Shown in pieces: positions 37,285 to 49,300 of a stretch of DNA of 64,000 nt. The notes below the pieces were generated by a model. It did not search any database, was not told the origin of the DNA, and saw only the letters and a program-made list of their open reading frames with translations. The DNA is from Folioceros fuciformis (lineage: Eukaryota). The stretch covers positions 1-64,000 of the forward strand of contig JBNGIO010005627.1 in NCBI GenBank assembly GCA_049999805.1, written 5' to 3'. A program made the position numbers and the translations under genes. Position 1 is the first letter of the stretch, and every line of letters starts with the position of its first letter.

Positions 37285-39085
37285 TCACGAGTCTGATTTG
37301 AAACCATGTCCTTGTCCTTGGGTATCACACAGCCACGTCCAGTACTTTTTCAGCATGTGATCGTTGGGCCTCACATCCATCCACCGTCCCTCACAGAAAA
37401 TTGCATACGCGTCGGCAGCATACCTTCACACACGCACACAACCGTGATCCAGGTTTGGTCACAACTGACGCCTGGACGAAGAGGAGGGAAACGGAAACGG
37501 AGGGCAGGCAGCAGCAGCCACAGCTAGCTGCATCCTACCTGCCGATGCCGTGTAGCTGAGTCACGTCACTCCACCCATCCTCCAGGTACTCGGCAGAGAA
37601 TCGCTGGATCGTTTTTGCACGCTTGTTTTGGAGGCCCAAGGACCGGATCACTTGCCCGATCTTGGCAGTTTCCACAGTGACTGCGCTTTCGGCTGTTGGG
37701 CACAGCTCGAACAGCTTCCAAATCACTTGATGCATCTGCGAGGCAAAATCCCACAGCACCCGTCACTTCCTCCCCTAGCCGACGAAGTTCGTGTTCAATA
37801 GTCATCGATTACTGCTGCTTTTGGAACTACAAGGCCGTATCAAAAAAGGGAACGTAACGCAGCGCACCTGGCGACCGGATGTTTGGTTCAGCAGCATGCA
37901 TGCCACAAGAGTCTTCCACGGATCCGTGTACAGGCTCTCCTGAATGAGGCCGTAGGGTGATGCTGGAGGAACCCACGCAGCCCTCGGCTCCTTCCTCGGA
38001 ACAGGACATGTCATTGTAGTATCAACATCCCCTGCCCTAGCCCTTGTTCCACATTTCTGGGCCTTGCCTGAACGGTCCTCTTCTGCAGATCTTGATGTTC
38101 CACGCTTCTTCACACCTTTCCGCCCCCTTACGGACTTCACACTTCTACTAGGACCTTCGTCCCCTGAAGAGAAGCAACGGTCTTCCACGTGCCTTTGAAG
38201 TCCTTCACCCTCTTCCCCTTCTTCATCCTCCCTGAACAACACGGAGGTTGGCACCACAGGCTTGATGCTCCGCTTACACCGCCGTAACCCACGACTTGCC
38301 TGCTGGCTAGCCTTCACTGCCTCCAGCTTAGCCCTGGCCCTGCTCACTGATGCACGTTGTTGCAACTCCTCATCGCCAGGCCTGCAGGTATCTCCCACAC
38401 TCATACCCTCCAACACCTTGCTATCCTCGGCCTCCAAGTCAGCAGTAGCACGCTGGCTTGCTTGCACTGCTTCCAAATTTCTCCTACTACCATGCGAACG
38501 GACGAGTGGCCTAATCCTACCACAAATCCCCCCAGCACCGTCGTCATGAACTTCCCCCTCAAACCCAGCTTCCAAAATCACCGGATCAGCAACCACACGA
38601 GGACAACCACCATCCACATCATCCTCAACCGACACGGCACTCTCCGCACCAACTCTGTTCCTCCTCGATCTACGCTTCGGATTCTTGGCTACGTACCGTC
38701 TCCCTCGTTTTTTGGCCTCTGCACCTTTCACAGCCTCAAGTTTAGCCAAGGCCTTTGCCAGCATGCCTGCTGGCCCTGACTTTCGTTGTTCCAAGCACTC
38801 TCCCAACCCTGGCTTACAACATGCTTCATTTTTTTCGCACTGCTCATCCTCCGGCTTAGACTCAAACCTAGGCAGCAAGCTCCTGCACACTCTCCTCTTC
38901 CAATGAGGAGAAACGACTAAACTTCCAGAACAAGGATGACCTTCAACAGCCTGCCAACCTGCTAGATCTTCATCACCACCTCCACAACTTATCCGACACC
39001 TCTTGGAACCTCCAATAAGTTTCGCTCCTCCTGTCCACCTGAACTCATCCACCAAGGCCCCTAAGTCTGCCTTGGTGGCTCCCAT
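37285..39085 (-). CDS. MBD4L: MBD4-like HhH-GPD DNA glycosylase, 3 coding exons
   Basis: [36 protein letters not shown]|..[40 protein letters not shown]...[13 protein letters not shown]. Start MGATKADL at 39085 is inferred; the upstream exons splice out of frame and are probably 5' UTR. Confidence 0.9.
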
Positions 39086-40241
39086 ATCCTCACTGCAACC
39101 AAACAACACGACACGCAAAACCAAATTAAACAAACTTCCAAGCACCACAACACACCAGACCACACATTCTCAACAAAAATCTCACCTTCAATCAGCAGCT
39201 CCCTTCCTCTGAAGGCGATCTGCACCACTCTGTGATAAACACAAATTCGCAGCTCCATCTACCACCTTCCGCACAAAACCACCAGACACATGCTCACAGG
39301 AGGGATCCTTGGGCTGCACAAAAACGGGACGGGATCTTCATGGCCAGCTCATCCATCGCGTTGTGGCCACGTTCCAGAGCCCCTCGTCGTTTACTCGTTC
39401 ACCTACCCGACCTGAGGTAAGTGGGAAAAAAATCATTTAATTCTTTAATTCCTGACTTTCTTGCCGCAACCCAGCCCCGCGCGGAAGCCGCGGGGAAAGG
39501 CAAACAGCATCCCAACCACAGCAGCACCAAAATTGCCGGCAACACCAGCAGCTTGCGAAAGTGGCTGATAAGGAGCTTCGTCGTCTCTCCCTCCTCGTGC
39601 GGTAGCGGTTGTTGGAGCTTGCTGATCAGTTGCAATTGGTTTCGGATTTGAATGCCTGCCACCTTGGATCCATCAAATCAGACATCTGTCAGAGCACGAT
39701 AGCGATGGATGTGGCTGGATGTGCTGCGCGCGATATGTGTTTTGATCAACATAATCACGGAGCCTTGGTGCCACTTCTGATTCTTTAGGTATCGTTTGTC
39801 TCCGCTTTTTGTTTGTGCTGGAAGGTATGGCGGCAACGTTTCGCGTCCAAGGATTATGGGCGTCTTCGAAGATAGCATTAAAATTTCGCAACTAAGATTT
39901 GATAGCTTGTTTCTTACAGCGTTTTGAAATTTCAACTCCGGATGAGCACTTATGGAGTTCTTTTCTTCAATTATTGGAAGGAAGATCTATGTCTAGCTGA
40001 AATTTGGTGGAGGATTTCTGTAAGCACTTCTGGTATGCAGCTTTACCTGGGATGTTCTGGCAGCCAAGGAAAAGAAAATGCATGGGTGTACATGGAGTGA
40101 TTTTCTTTCAAACATAACACTAGTCTGAGGTAATTTTCAGCTTAGGCCTTCTTCTTTTCTCTTGTGTTGTTGAGTGGTGCATCTAACAAGATGGAGAATC
40201 CTGAATGTAGTTCTAAATTTTAGCAGGCCACAAATTGTATT

Positions 40242-42053
40242 ATGGCTGGTTTGGAGTTTAGGAATCCAAGAAGGGATTCTCCTTACACAAGTTGTACCAA
40301 ACATATCAACCATAAGGTTGGAAAGCCTCTTGTATGGCAAGATGATATGGCAGAAATAAGAGAGACGTATCGTCGTGTTGCTAAAATCAAAGACACTGCG
40401 TACACAGGATTTTCTTGCTTAGATCCAGCACGAACAGCGGAGGTCTTGAGCAAGAATAGGAAGGCAAGGAAAGAAGTGTTACACTCATTTGAGCAAATTC
40501 ATTATCTAAATTCCTCAAGTCCATTTGAGGCTTTTCAGCATGTTCGAAATGTACGCAATATGTGTAGAAGAATTCAATCTATTAGTTCTCTTACTGAAAG
40601 GAAAAAGAATCCTTGGGATGTTGAATTGTTTCCAGCATTATTGAGGAGACCAACAACAGCATGTCCAGTGAGACATCCAAGATGTCACAGAGGCTGTGGC
40701 CCAACAAGGCCTGTCTCAGTGCCTGTCTATACTGATAGAACACCCAAGTGTTATGCTCCAGCTTCATTTTCCCAGCTCTTGGATATATCCAACAAGCCAG
40801 AAAGCACTTGTCATGCTTGTCATTACAAAGCTCCCTATGATCGTCCATCTCAACAAGACAAGTCACCTCGTTCAAGGGCTGCATATTATCATAACTATAT
40901 GTTAACATCTGGACCATCATCCCCAAGCCAAGAATCCACTAGATTCTTATATGATGGTTTGCATAAGTTGGCAATTCAACATACAGAAACACCTGCTTCA
41001 ACAAATGTTTACATGCATTCCTATGATGACGAGGACACCATACAATTGAGGTCTCCTCCTATATCAGAGAGATTTTATACCAATAATCGCCATTATGAAA
41101 CAAACCTTAGTAAACAAGCAACTTCAAGAGTACTAATTGAAAAACCTTTGGATACAGTTGAGAAAAAATTCAATGACAATCAAGAGAACATGGTGGAAAA
41201 GTCATGGGTGCCTGAACAGGGGAAAACTGCAAGGAAACTAGTAGAACGACGTTACCCAATTGACAATGTGAAGAGGGGTCAAAGTAAATCATACTACACT
41301 CTAGGATCATCTAGTTTAGAGCATCCTAGTCTAGATAATGCTAATTTGACTGATAGAGTTTTAACAGATTCAGACTCTAGTTCTGAGACAGAAAAAGTTC
41401 CACCAAGACGATCCAAGTCACATGGCTCTAGAAGTAAGGTTTCTCTTTCCCAGAACATGCCAAGAAGTACAATTGAGCCTCGGAAACGATCTGTGATAAG
41501 TAAATCCCTTTTCAAACGAGCAACTATTGAAAAGCCATTAGCTCAACCACTGATAGATAAATCTTCTACGGATACCCCAAGTATAGAATGCTGTTCTCCA
41601 AGAGATAGCTTAACATTAGGCCTTCATCAACCATCCCCATCCACAGAATGTAAAGAAGATGTTATGGCCACTCTGGTTAGAATAGACGGTATCAATGATA
41701 CAAGAAATAAGATGAATCTTCCAGAGTGTTCAGCTAGTGATAGCCCTGCAACAACAATGTCCAACATCAACACCATTGATAAGAATCAACTAGTAGAGGA
41801 CTTGGAACAAAAGAAAGGGTTCTATGAAACAGGAGAGAGTGGAGTAATAATAAAACACTCAACTGATCCCTATGTTGATTTTAAGAACTCTATGATGGAG
41901 ATGATTGCTGAGGAAAAACTTGAGAATAGGCCTGACGCCATTGAAGACCTCTTTCAATATTACTTGGATCTAAATCCGGGAGCACATCACCAAGTTATTG
42001 AAAGGGTCATAATAGATATTAGAAAAGAGCTTAAAGCAAAAAGATCATTGTAA
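40242..42053 (+). CDS. OVATE family protein (OFP), intronless, 603 aa
   Basis: C-terminal OVATE domain IIKHSTDPYVDFKNSMMEMIAE...IEDLFQYYLDLNPGAHHQVIERVIIDI after a long Ser-rich, low-complexity region. Confidence 0.9.
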   Translation: MAGLEFRNPRRDSPYTSCTKHINHKVGKPLVWQDDMAEIRETYRRVAKIKDTAYTGFSCLDPARTAEVLSKNRKARKEVLHSFEQIHYLNSSSPFEAFQHVRNVRNMCRRIQSISSLTERKKNPWDVELFPALLRRPTTACPVRHPRCHRGCGPTRPVSVPVYTDRTPKCYAPASFSQLLDISNKPESTCHACHYKAPYDRPSQQDKSPRSRAAYYHNYMLTSGPSSPSQESTRFLYDGLHKLAIQHTETPASTNVYMHSYDDEDTIQLRSPPISERFYTNNRHYETNLSKQATSRVLIEKPLDTVEKKFNDNQENMVEKSWVPEQGKTARKLVERRYPIDNVKRGQSKSYYTLGSSSLEHPSLDNANLTDRVLTDSDSSSETEKVPPRRSKSHGSRSKVSLSQNMPRSTIEPRKRSVISKSLFKRATIEKPLAQPLIDKSSTDTPSIECCSPRDSLTLGLHQPSPSTECKEDVMATLVRIDGINDTRNKMNLPECSASDSPATTMSNINTIDKNQLVEDLEQKKGFYETGESGVIIKHSTDPYVDFKNSMMEMIAEEKLENRPDAIEDLFQYYLDLNPGAHHQVIERVIIDIRKELKAKRSL

Positions 42054-44065
42054 TGAGTTTCTTATGCTGTATCATTCTTTTTCATTATTTATATATTAAT
42101 ATATATATATATTTTTATTGGGGCAAAAGTTCAAGAAGTGGGCTTCCCAACACAAATGGAGCACTCACACCAATGGTATCCAATCAATTGTTTTTTAAAA
42201 TAAATTATTCTATGTCACTTCTTAATTCAAGCTTGCTTTCTTTGAAATCTATTAGCTACATTTGTATAGCACATGGTATGCAGGATCTGTAATTGGTATG
42301 CATTGCGTTATGTTATTTATTTTTATTAAAAATAAATAATTATTTTTTTTCAACTTGTCTTGCAGGAGAAAGTTAGGAAGAATTCAAAAGCCATATAGTA
42401 TTGTAAGATTAAATGAGAAAACAGATTTGTAATATATTGTAAAATATTTTATAGATATTTTTGATCTTTATAAAAAAATATAAGCCAATTTATTAAGGGT
42501 ATACAATGAAAAAATCTTTGAAAAATATTTAAGCTAAAATAGAAGAAAGGTGCATGCTATAAAAAAATTTAAAAAGATATTATAAAAAATTAAATAATTT
42601 ATATTAAAAAAAAAGAGTACTATGTTATTTCTAAAATCTTCATGAAGATTGTTGCATATATTTAAAATAAAAAATATATGTTTAAATAATCAATTTACAT
42701 AAATTTTGTGTACATATGTATCTTAATTAATTGGTAGGTATTATACCTACATAACTGTGCAGAACTTTAAAGAATCTCCTAACTAACCAAGTGCAAAGGG
42801 AGCTAAGAAATTAAATAAAATTAATAAAACTTATTAATATATATATTTAAATTGGTAAGCGCTCATAAACATATGGGCATGTGAGGTTATATGACTGGTG
42901 ATGTTAAATCTAAAGTTACTAGAGACATGAGACTAAGTTACTATGACTAGCTGGAAAGGCCCTTGAATTTAGCGCTGTGAACAATGAAGAATTAGGCTCT
43001 AGAGGTTGTGATGATTATTTTCCGTGTGATTTTGTAGGTTTTGGGGATGCGTCCACTGTTTTGGTTGCGAGCCTAAGTCTGAAGCAAAATGGTGCTGGTT
43101 TAGCATGGCAACTTCTGAGTATGTGGATGTGTTTCTGCGGAACACGCTTGCTGTTCTTGAGCTCCCAGCTCAATGGGAAGGCGTTGCTTGTTTCATCAGA
43201 GTGGTTGGTTTTCAGCCAAGGTATTCGTGGTGGGCACACAACTTGAAGGCAGTGTAGGTTCCAGTCAAGATGGATGTTGGGGCCCTGGAACCACAGCAGG
43301 TACTCGTTCATGGAAGCTCTTCCCAGGAATTGTTATCTCGGTTGTTTTTCTTGCTCGAGGTCGAGGAGGAAACAGAGCGTGTGGTGACATGCTGGGTTGG
43401 GTAGCCAGCCACAGGTTGAAGATTCAACATCTGAACTTCTCATGGCTGCTGACAGGGTAGGAGCTGACACCCCCAAGCCTGCCGAAGATCCTACCCCACA
43501 TTGAACATCGAGGCAGTTAACGGTTCTGTGGGAATCTTACGCCACACATTTCTGTGTCTGTCTCCCAACGAGGTCCCCAGACGTAGTAGAAGGGATGACA
43601 CGATGAAGTGTCAACTATAAGACGAGGAGAGAACGTGAGAGCTCCTTTCTCTTTAGCTCATCTGATGGGCACAGTGTGCTGCAAGACTCCTTCCAGTGCC
43701 CTGGTTCAAGGGTGTCAAGATCGAATTCGTGCAAGAACAGCCAGCCAGCCTTATCGGTGATGGCGAGAAACCAGACGCAGACTCTTCCTGACAGAAACTT
43801 GACACAATCTAGCGCTTCACGATTGGAGCCACATGTTGGGAGTGCGTCGGGTGGTTGAGAGCTGAGCGCTGACACCGGCCGAAGCGCTCGGCGTTTCATG
43901 CGTGCACATTGATTTCCTCCTGGCCACCAGACGTTACTGCGCCGAGTGCTTGGATACGAATCAGAAGCTCGCATTTCCCGGCCCCGGGAACCCTATATGT
44001 AGAGCGGCTTGATGCCCCCGAGAGACTGTCTTCGTGCAGCTGGGTCGTGATCACCTCTCGGAAAC

Positions 44066-46248
44066 ATGCCCGTCACTTCCGGCCTACGAGAAAAGCTGCT
44101 CGGGGCTGCAGCAGGCGCGGCAGCTGGATCCGACGACAATGCCTCTCCGCGCAGGAAGAAGGCAGCCAAGAAGCCGAGAGAGCAGCACGAGCACCGGCAG
44201 CCGGCTCGGCCAAAGATGACAGAGGAGGAGATCGGTGAGACTCTCAGTCTTCTGGAGTCTGCAATCTGTGTGTTTGGTTGGGCTGACGCAGGATCGAATT
44301 TCGTTGAGCTGGACTGATTTTGTTTCCTTGTTTGCTCTTTGTTGCACGGTCTCTACGCTGCTGGCAGCCCGGCTGTGGATTTCTGAATATAATAAGCTTG
44401 AGTGATTTGTTTCCATGTCTTCCGTTGCTCCGATGGTCTTGTGCTTTGCTGCCAGTCCGGCTGTGGCAGAGCAAGCCTCCAGAGTCCCATTTCAACGAGC
44501 ACCTGCGCAGGAAGTTTCTGATTCGGCTGGCAACGTCCCTGCATAGCTACGGCAGCTCTGCCTCCAGAACCGAGTATTTGACTGAGAAGGCGGCCGCCCG
44601 GCTGGAAGTGGACGCCGAAATTGCTGTCTTTCCTTCCCTCATCTGCCTCTCGTTCGACAACGACAGCCATCAAAGGTGCGCACTGTCTGAATCGGAGGTC
44701 CATCGTCCCGACACTGGAAGCAGCTGATTGTAAGTGGCTTGTGGAACAGGGCGGGGGAAGTGCACCTCCTCAAGGTCGAGTCTGGGTACGACGCGGATAA
44801 ATTGGGCCGTGCAGACCAGCTTGCCAACAATGCCGGCCTCCCGGACAGCCCTCTGGTTCTGGCCTACTGGCGGCTCAAGGCCATTGCGAATGCAACTCCT
44901 GAGTTTGGAAGATTGCATTGGAGACTGCTTGGCTTCTCTGTTTCGGCTGCCTGTGCTGCGCTTCTCCTGTTTGAAGGTAAGGGCGATAGCTTCCGCCACT
45001 GCACCTTGTCATCTAATCGAGGCTGAGCTGAGCCCCTGTGGTTGAATTTGTAGGCAGCCTTTGGGATGCCTGCTTGGCTCTCGTGCTGGGCCTCGTGGTG
45101 GGGCTTCTCGACAGCCTTCAACCGCAGTCTTCTCTCTTTGCTAACGTCTTCAAGTTCGTCTCTTCCTTGGTGGTCTCCTTCCTGGCAAGGCTACTGTCTG
45201 TGTACATCACCTCGCGCCGCATTTGCTACTACGCACTGGCGCTTGGCTCCTTGTGCCGTGTGCTTCCAGGTATGGATGGCAGTGGAACATTGCGATGACT
45301 TGTTGTGGCACTCACACCCGGGCACTGATATCTGGCTGCCTTGCACTTGGTCCGTGTGTCAGGGCTGACGCTCACCTTAGGAGTTAGCGACCTGGTGGCA
45401 AGTGCTCAAGTGACTGGCTCGTCACGGATCATTTCTGCACTATTTTCCTCACTGCAGATCGGTTTCGGGCTTGCAATAGGGGACGACNNNNNNNNNNNNN
45501 NNNNNNNNNNNNNNNNNNNNNNNNNNNNNNNNNNNNNNNNNNNNNNNNNNNNNNNNNNNNNNNNNNNNNNNNNNNNNNNNNNNNNNNGCGCCTGGTCTGG
45601 TAGGAATGCGAACATTCCCTTTTCAAATGGCCGAACCTTCCAACGTTGTCCGATGTCTGCTTTTTTATCTCAATCTGAACAGGTTCCTGGGCTACGCCCT
45701 GTCGTTGAACATTTTGCTCCATTCTCGAGTAAACCAATGGCCTGGAATGACCCTGGCTGCATTCGTGGGGTGGGTGGCAAAGACTCTGGCAAGTACACAC
45801 CTCGGGAACAGTGCGTCCACCATCATCGCAGCCTTCGCAATTGGAGTGACAGGTCTGTCCCTCCCCTACTGGAAAGCAATCCCCTTCCGGGATGCACATT
45901 CAGGAAAGGATTGAAGGTCAAGTTGGCATGTATTTTGCAGGCACTTCCTACTCCTACTTCACGGGTGACTTGCCCTTGGTGATGCTGTTCTCAGGAATCC
46001 TGCTCTTGGTTCCTGGTGGGATTGGAATCAGGGCGGTTACGGCTCTGCTAGAAGATGATGTTATGGCCGGAATGGGGTTCGTCTTCGATATGACGGTGGT
46101 GGCTTTGGCTATCACCCTCGGCCTATTAATGGCCAAACTCGTCTTGCCATCTGGATTCCTTGCACCTTTGAAGCTGCCCACCACCAACCTCAACACAATA
46201 GCTCAACAATTTGACGACGATGAAAGCGAAGAGGACATGGCCTTATGA
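44066..46248 (+). CDS. ThrE (DUF1212/DUF3815; fungal PRM10-like) putative threonine/serine exporter, multi-exon, with a 100-N gap at 45488-45587
   Basis: FLIRLATSLHSYGSSASRTEY..AARLEVDAEIAVFPS (ThrE N-terminus); many hydrophobic helices; LPGLTLTLGVSDL..VTGSSRI; GILLLVPGGIG..VALAITLGL. Confidence 0.82.
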
Positions 46249-46344
46249 TGAAGCATTGAGGAATTTGTAGTGTACATAATGTGACAGTTTCTAGCGCAGA
46301 GGCTGAGTTGTCTACGGACAAAGGCTTAGCATCAATTTATGTCG

Positions 46345-49300
46345 TCACTGCCTCAAATTGACGTCGTCGTTGCCGTCATAGTTTTGCGAAAATGCCGACA
46401 TGGGCTCAGTGTGTGCTTCTGGGATTGGTTCTGCGGTAACATGCTCCTCGGAGTCAGCAGATTTGTCACAATTATCACTACTCTCAGAAGTAGATCCCAG
46501 GATTTCATCTTCATCGAGCGGTAGCAAGTCCCCGCCCAGAGCCACTGCCCAGAATTGGTCCAGTGCCTGAAACAAACACGCTTCAGCAGACCATGTCACA
46601 CAACGATGTAAGCGAGGCAGAAGAGCAGGTTGCTGCCACTCACAGTGTGTGAAAGCTTCACGCCAGAATCTTCACCAGTAAATTCGCCGTACACAAACTT
46701 CAAAGGTTCTTCACTCTGCACCAGCGTTAATATCCACGGCGGACTATATCCCTACGGAAGTTGAAAGAGGAAGTAAGAATCCACCGCCGGTATCTGTGCA
46801 ATGCATCTGTTCGCACAGGCTACCTGAGTGTCCACTGGTGCGCACAGGGCACTGGAATCAATCCCTAGCCATTTCTCGAGTCGACGAGTGATGTACACTT
46901 CTAGATAACCACAGAACCGGTTATGTCGGCGACACAGGAATAACAGCACCAACATGACCACACAGGAGCCAACTGATCCCACACTGATGCCTACGATGAA
47001 CCCGGTGCGACCTGCGATCCAGAAGCAAGTCAGGACTTGATTTTTCGTTTGATAGGATGATCCATGCCACAAACATAAATGTTCTGCGAAACTGTCTGCG
47101 TATCTCCACGTGCGGCAAGGCAATGAGATGTTATCCAAGACCTTGAATGGGTGGTTGCTGGCCTGGGAGCAGCTTAATCAAGGCAGTGGCGTGAAGAGGG
47201 ACAGGACGGTTGCTGGAGCAGTCACCGATGCATCCGAAGTTGCCCAGGTCGTTGACTGTCACAGTCAGCTTTGCTATCAATTTCGGACCAGCCTACAGCA
47301 AGAGAAGCAACTCAGGGACATTTAACCAGGTTGAAAACATCGAGACCCATGAACCAGAATAGGAAGAGTGACATTTTCTCCGGATGTGCAAAAGTTTTAA
47401 GTTTCGTATAGATCACGGTGAATGCAGTGGTCTTCAAGGGTTGCAAGTGTCACCTGCTGGTACCATGTAAGGGATGATCCCAAGGCTGTGTTGCACTCTT
47501 CAACTGAAGCTGTGAAGCAGATGCCCTGACCATCGACCATGATACGACTGCCAACTGTAGCCATGGGTACGGTAGTCCACTTATTACCTTGGTAGGTTGA
47601 GGCGTTTAGTTCTTTGCTGCTTATAAGCTTCAAAGAGATTTGGCCGCTGCTGACAGTCAAACAGACTTGAAGGAGAAGAACTTTGATATCAGCTGTGAAG
47701 CAGATGAAGACAGAAACAGGTTTCTATCATTCCCCGTCAGATTGAAGAAAAAGCTGCTTGCTGTAGACTCCAGGACGAAATGTATGCCAGGACAAAATGT
47801 ATAACACCTACTTCGAACATCAAACTGGTCTGGATCGCCTACTGAGATCCCGTACACGTTTCCCGTAAGCCAGGTAGCCACGATGGTGGGATTCGCTATA
47901 ATGTAAGGTGGGTCATTCACTGGCAGTATCTGCAACACTGTCGTCAGCTCATCACCACTCAACGAGAGGTCAGCTCCACCCGGGTCGAACAAGTGCAAGG
48001 AAATCGTATCATTTCCATTGTAGTGCTTAGTCCTGCGAAAAAACGACCAGATTCGCCAATAATTTAGCGTTACACGTTAAGCCAATGCCTGAACAGTGTT
48101 TCTCAGAGACATTGCAAAATGTTTGTACCCTGTGTATGCTATTGCCTGAAGGGCTGCACCTATGTCCGGGATAGATCCTGAGAACCGCAGCGCCCTGTTT
48201 GCTTGATCATCATGTGCTTCCTGTGTATTTGCGATAAGTATTGAAGCTTGAGATTGTGCAATCACTTGCATCCACATATTTGCCATTGTCGGTACGAAGT
48301 ATAGGAGTCCGTGCAAAGCGGACAGTGTAACACTCAAACGCACATTCGCATCCTTGTAGCCCACCTCCATGCATGGTAAACCCCTGTTTCAGTTGAATAG
48401 CGAACATATTTAGCACACTAATTGCCATGCCATGCTAAGTGAACCGTACACTAACAGCTAGGAAAATACCCTTGGAGAGGAACTGGATGGTCTTCTACAG
48501 ATTTCAGTGACGAAGGCATTGACAATATGTATGGCAGCAACAGGACAGTGCTTGCACTCAGACTTTTGTAAAAGCACTGAACAGCCCCAGCTGAGACATC
48601 CTGCAGATAGTCTGCAGCAGCCAGAACATCCATGAGACGTGTCATCTTGGAATCAAGACTAACCAAACCCCCAAGGCACTGGCTTACTTGATGTCACATT
48701 GATTACGAATGGGCTCGATCTGATGTGCAAGTCGTTAGACGACTTGATTGAGAGCTGATATTGACCAACCTCGAAAACCACGTACATCGCATAATATAAC
48801 CCGCTAGTAAGCCGTTTGAAATCGTTTGGCTGCTGGCCATTGTCTCCGATAAGGAAAAAAAAGGCAACTGAGTTTCCTTCTTCATCGATGCTGTCAGATA
48901 GATCATTGCCAAATACGTCTTTAAGCTGCACCCAGATACGTTGTGGTCTCTGTGCTATTGCTGTTCTTAAACCTGAACCCAAGCCGATGCAGAAAGGGAC
49001 AAAGACTGGACCTGCAAGGATAAGGGTCCACTGCACTTAATCCACTCCACTGCACTTAATCCGAACTTCTAATGAGCCTTGAGGAAGGACTAAGAAACTC
49101 GGAAAGCCTACCAGGGGAAATGGTGATTGAGAAGGGGCTATCCTTCACTTGCTGTTTGCCCAGGTGAACATACACAAGATACACGCCCGTATGATTCCAG
49201 TCAATGCTCCCAGAATATGTTCCATTTCCGGTGGGCATCAGCTTGGAAGAGTGATTAACCACAGCATCCCCCACCACATCGACTGAGAAGCTGTCAGGAA

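Noticed and set aside
42977-43974. Possible upstream exons or pseudogene before the ThrE gene
   Set aside because: All frames checked contain stops and no family motif was recognised.
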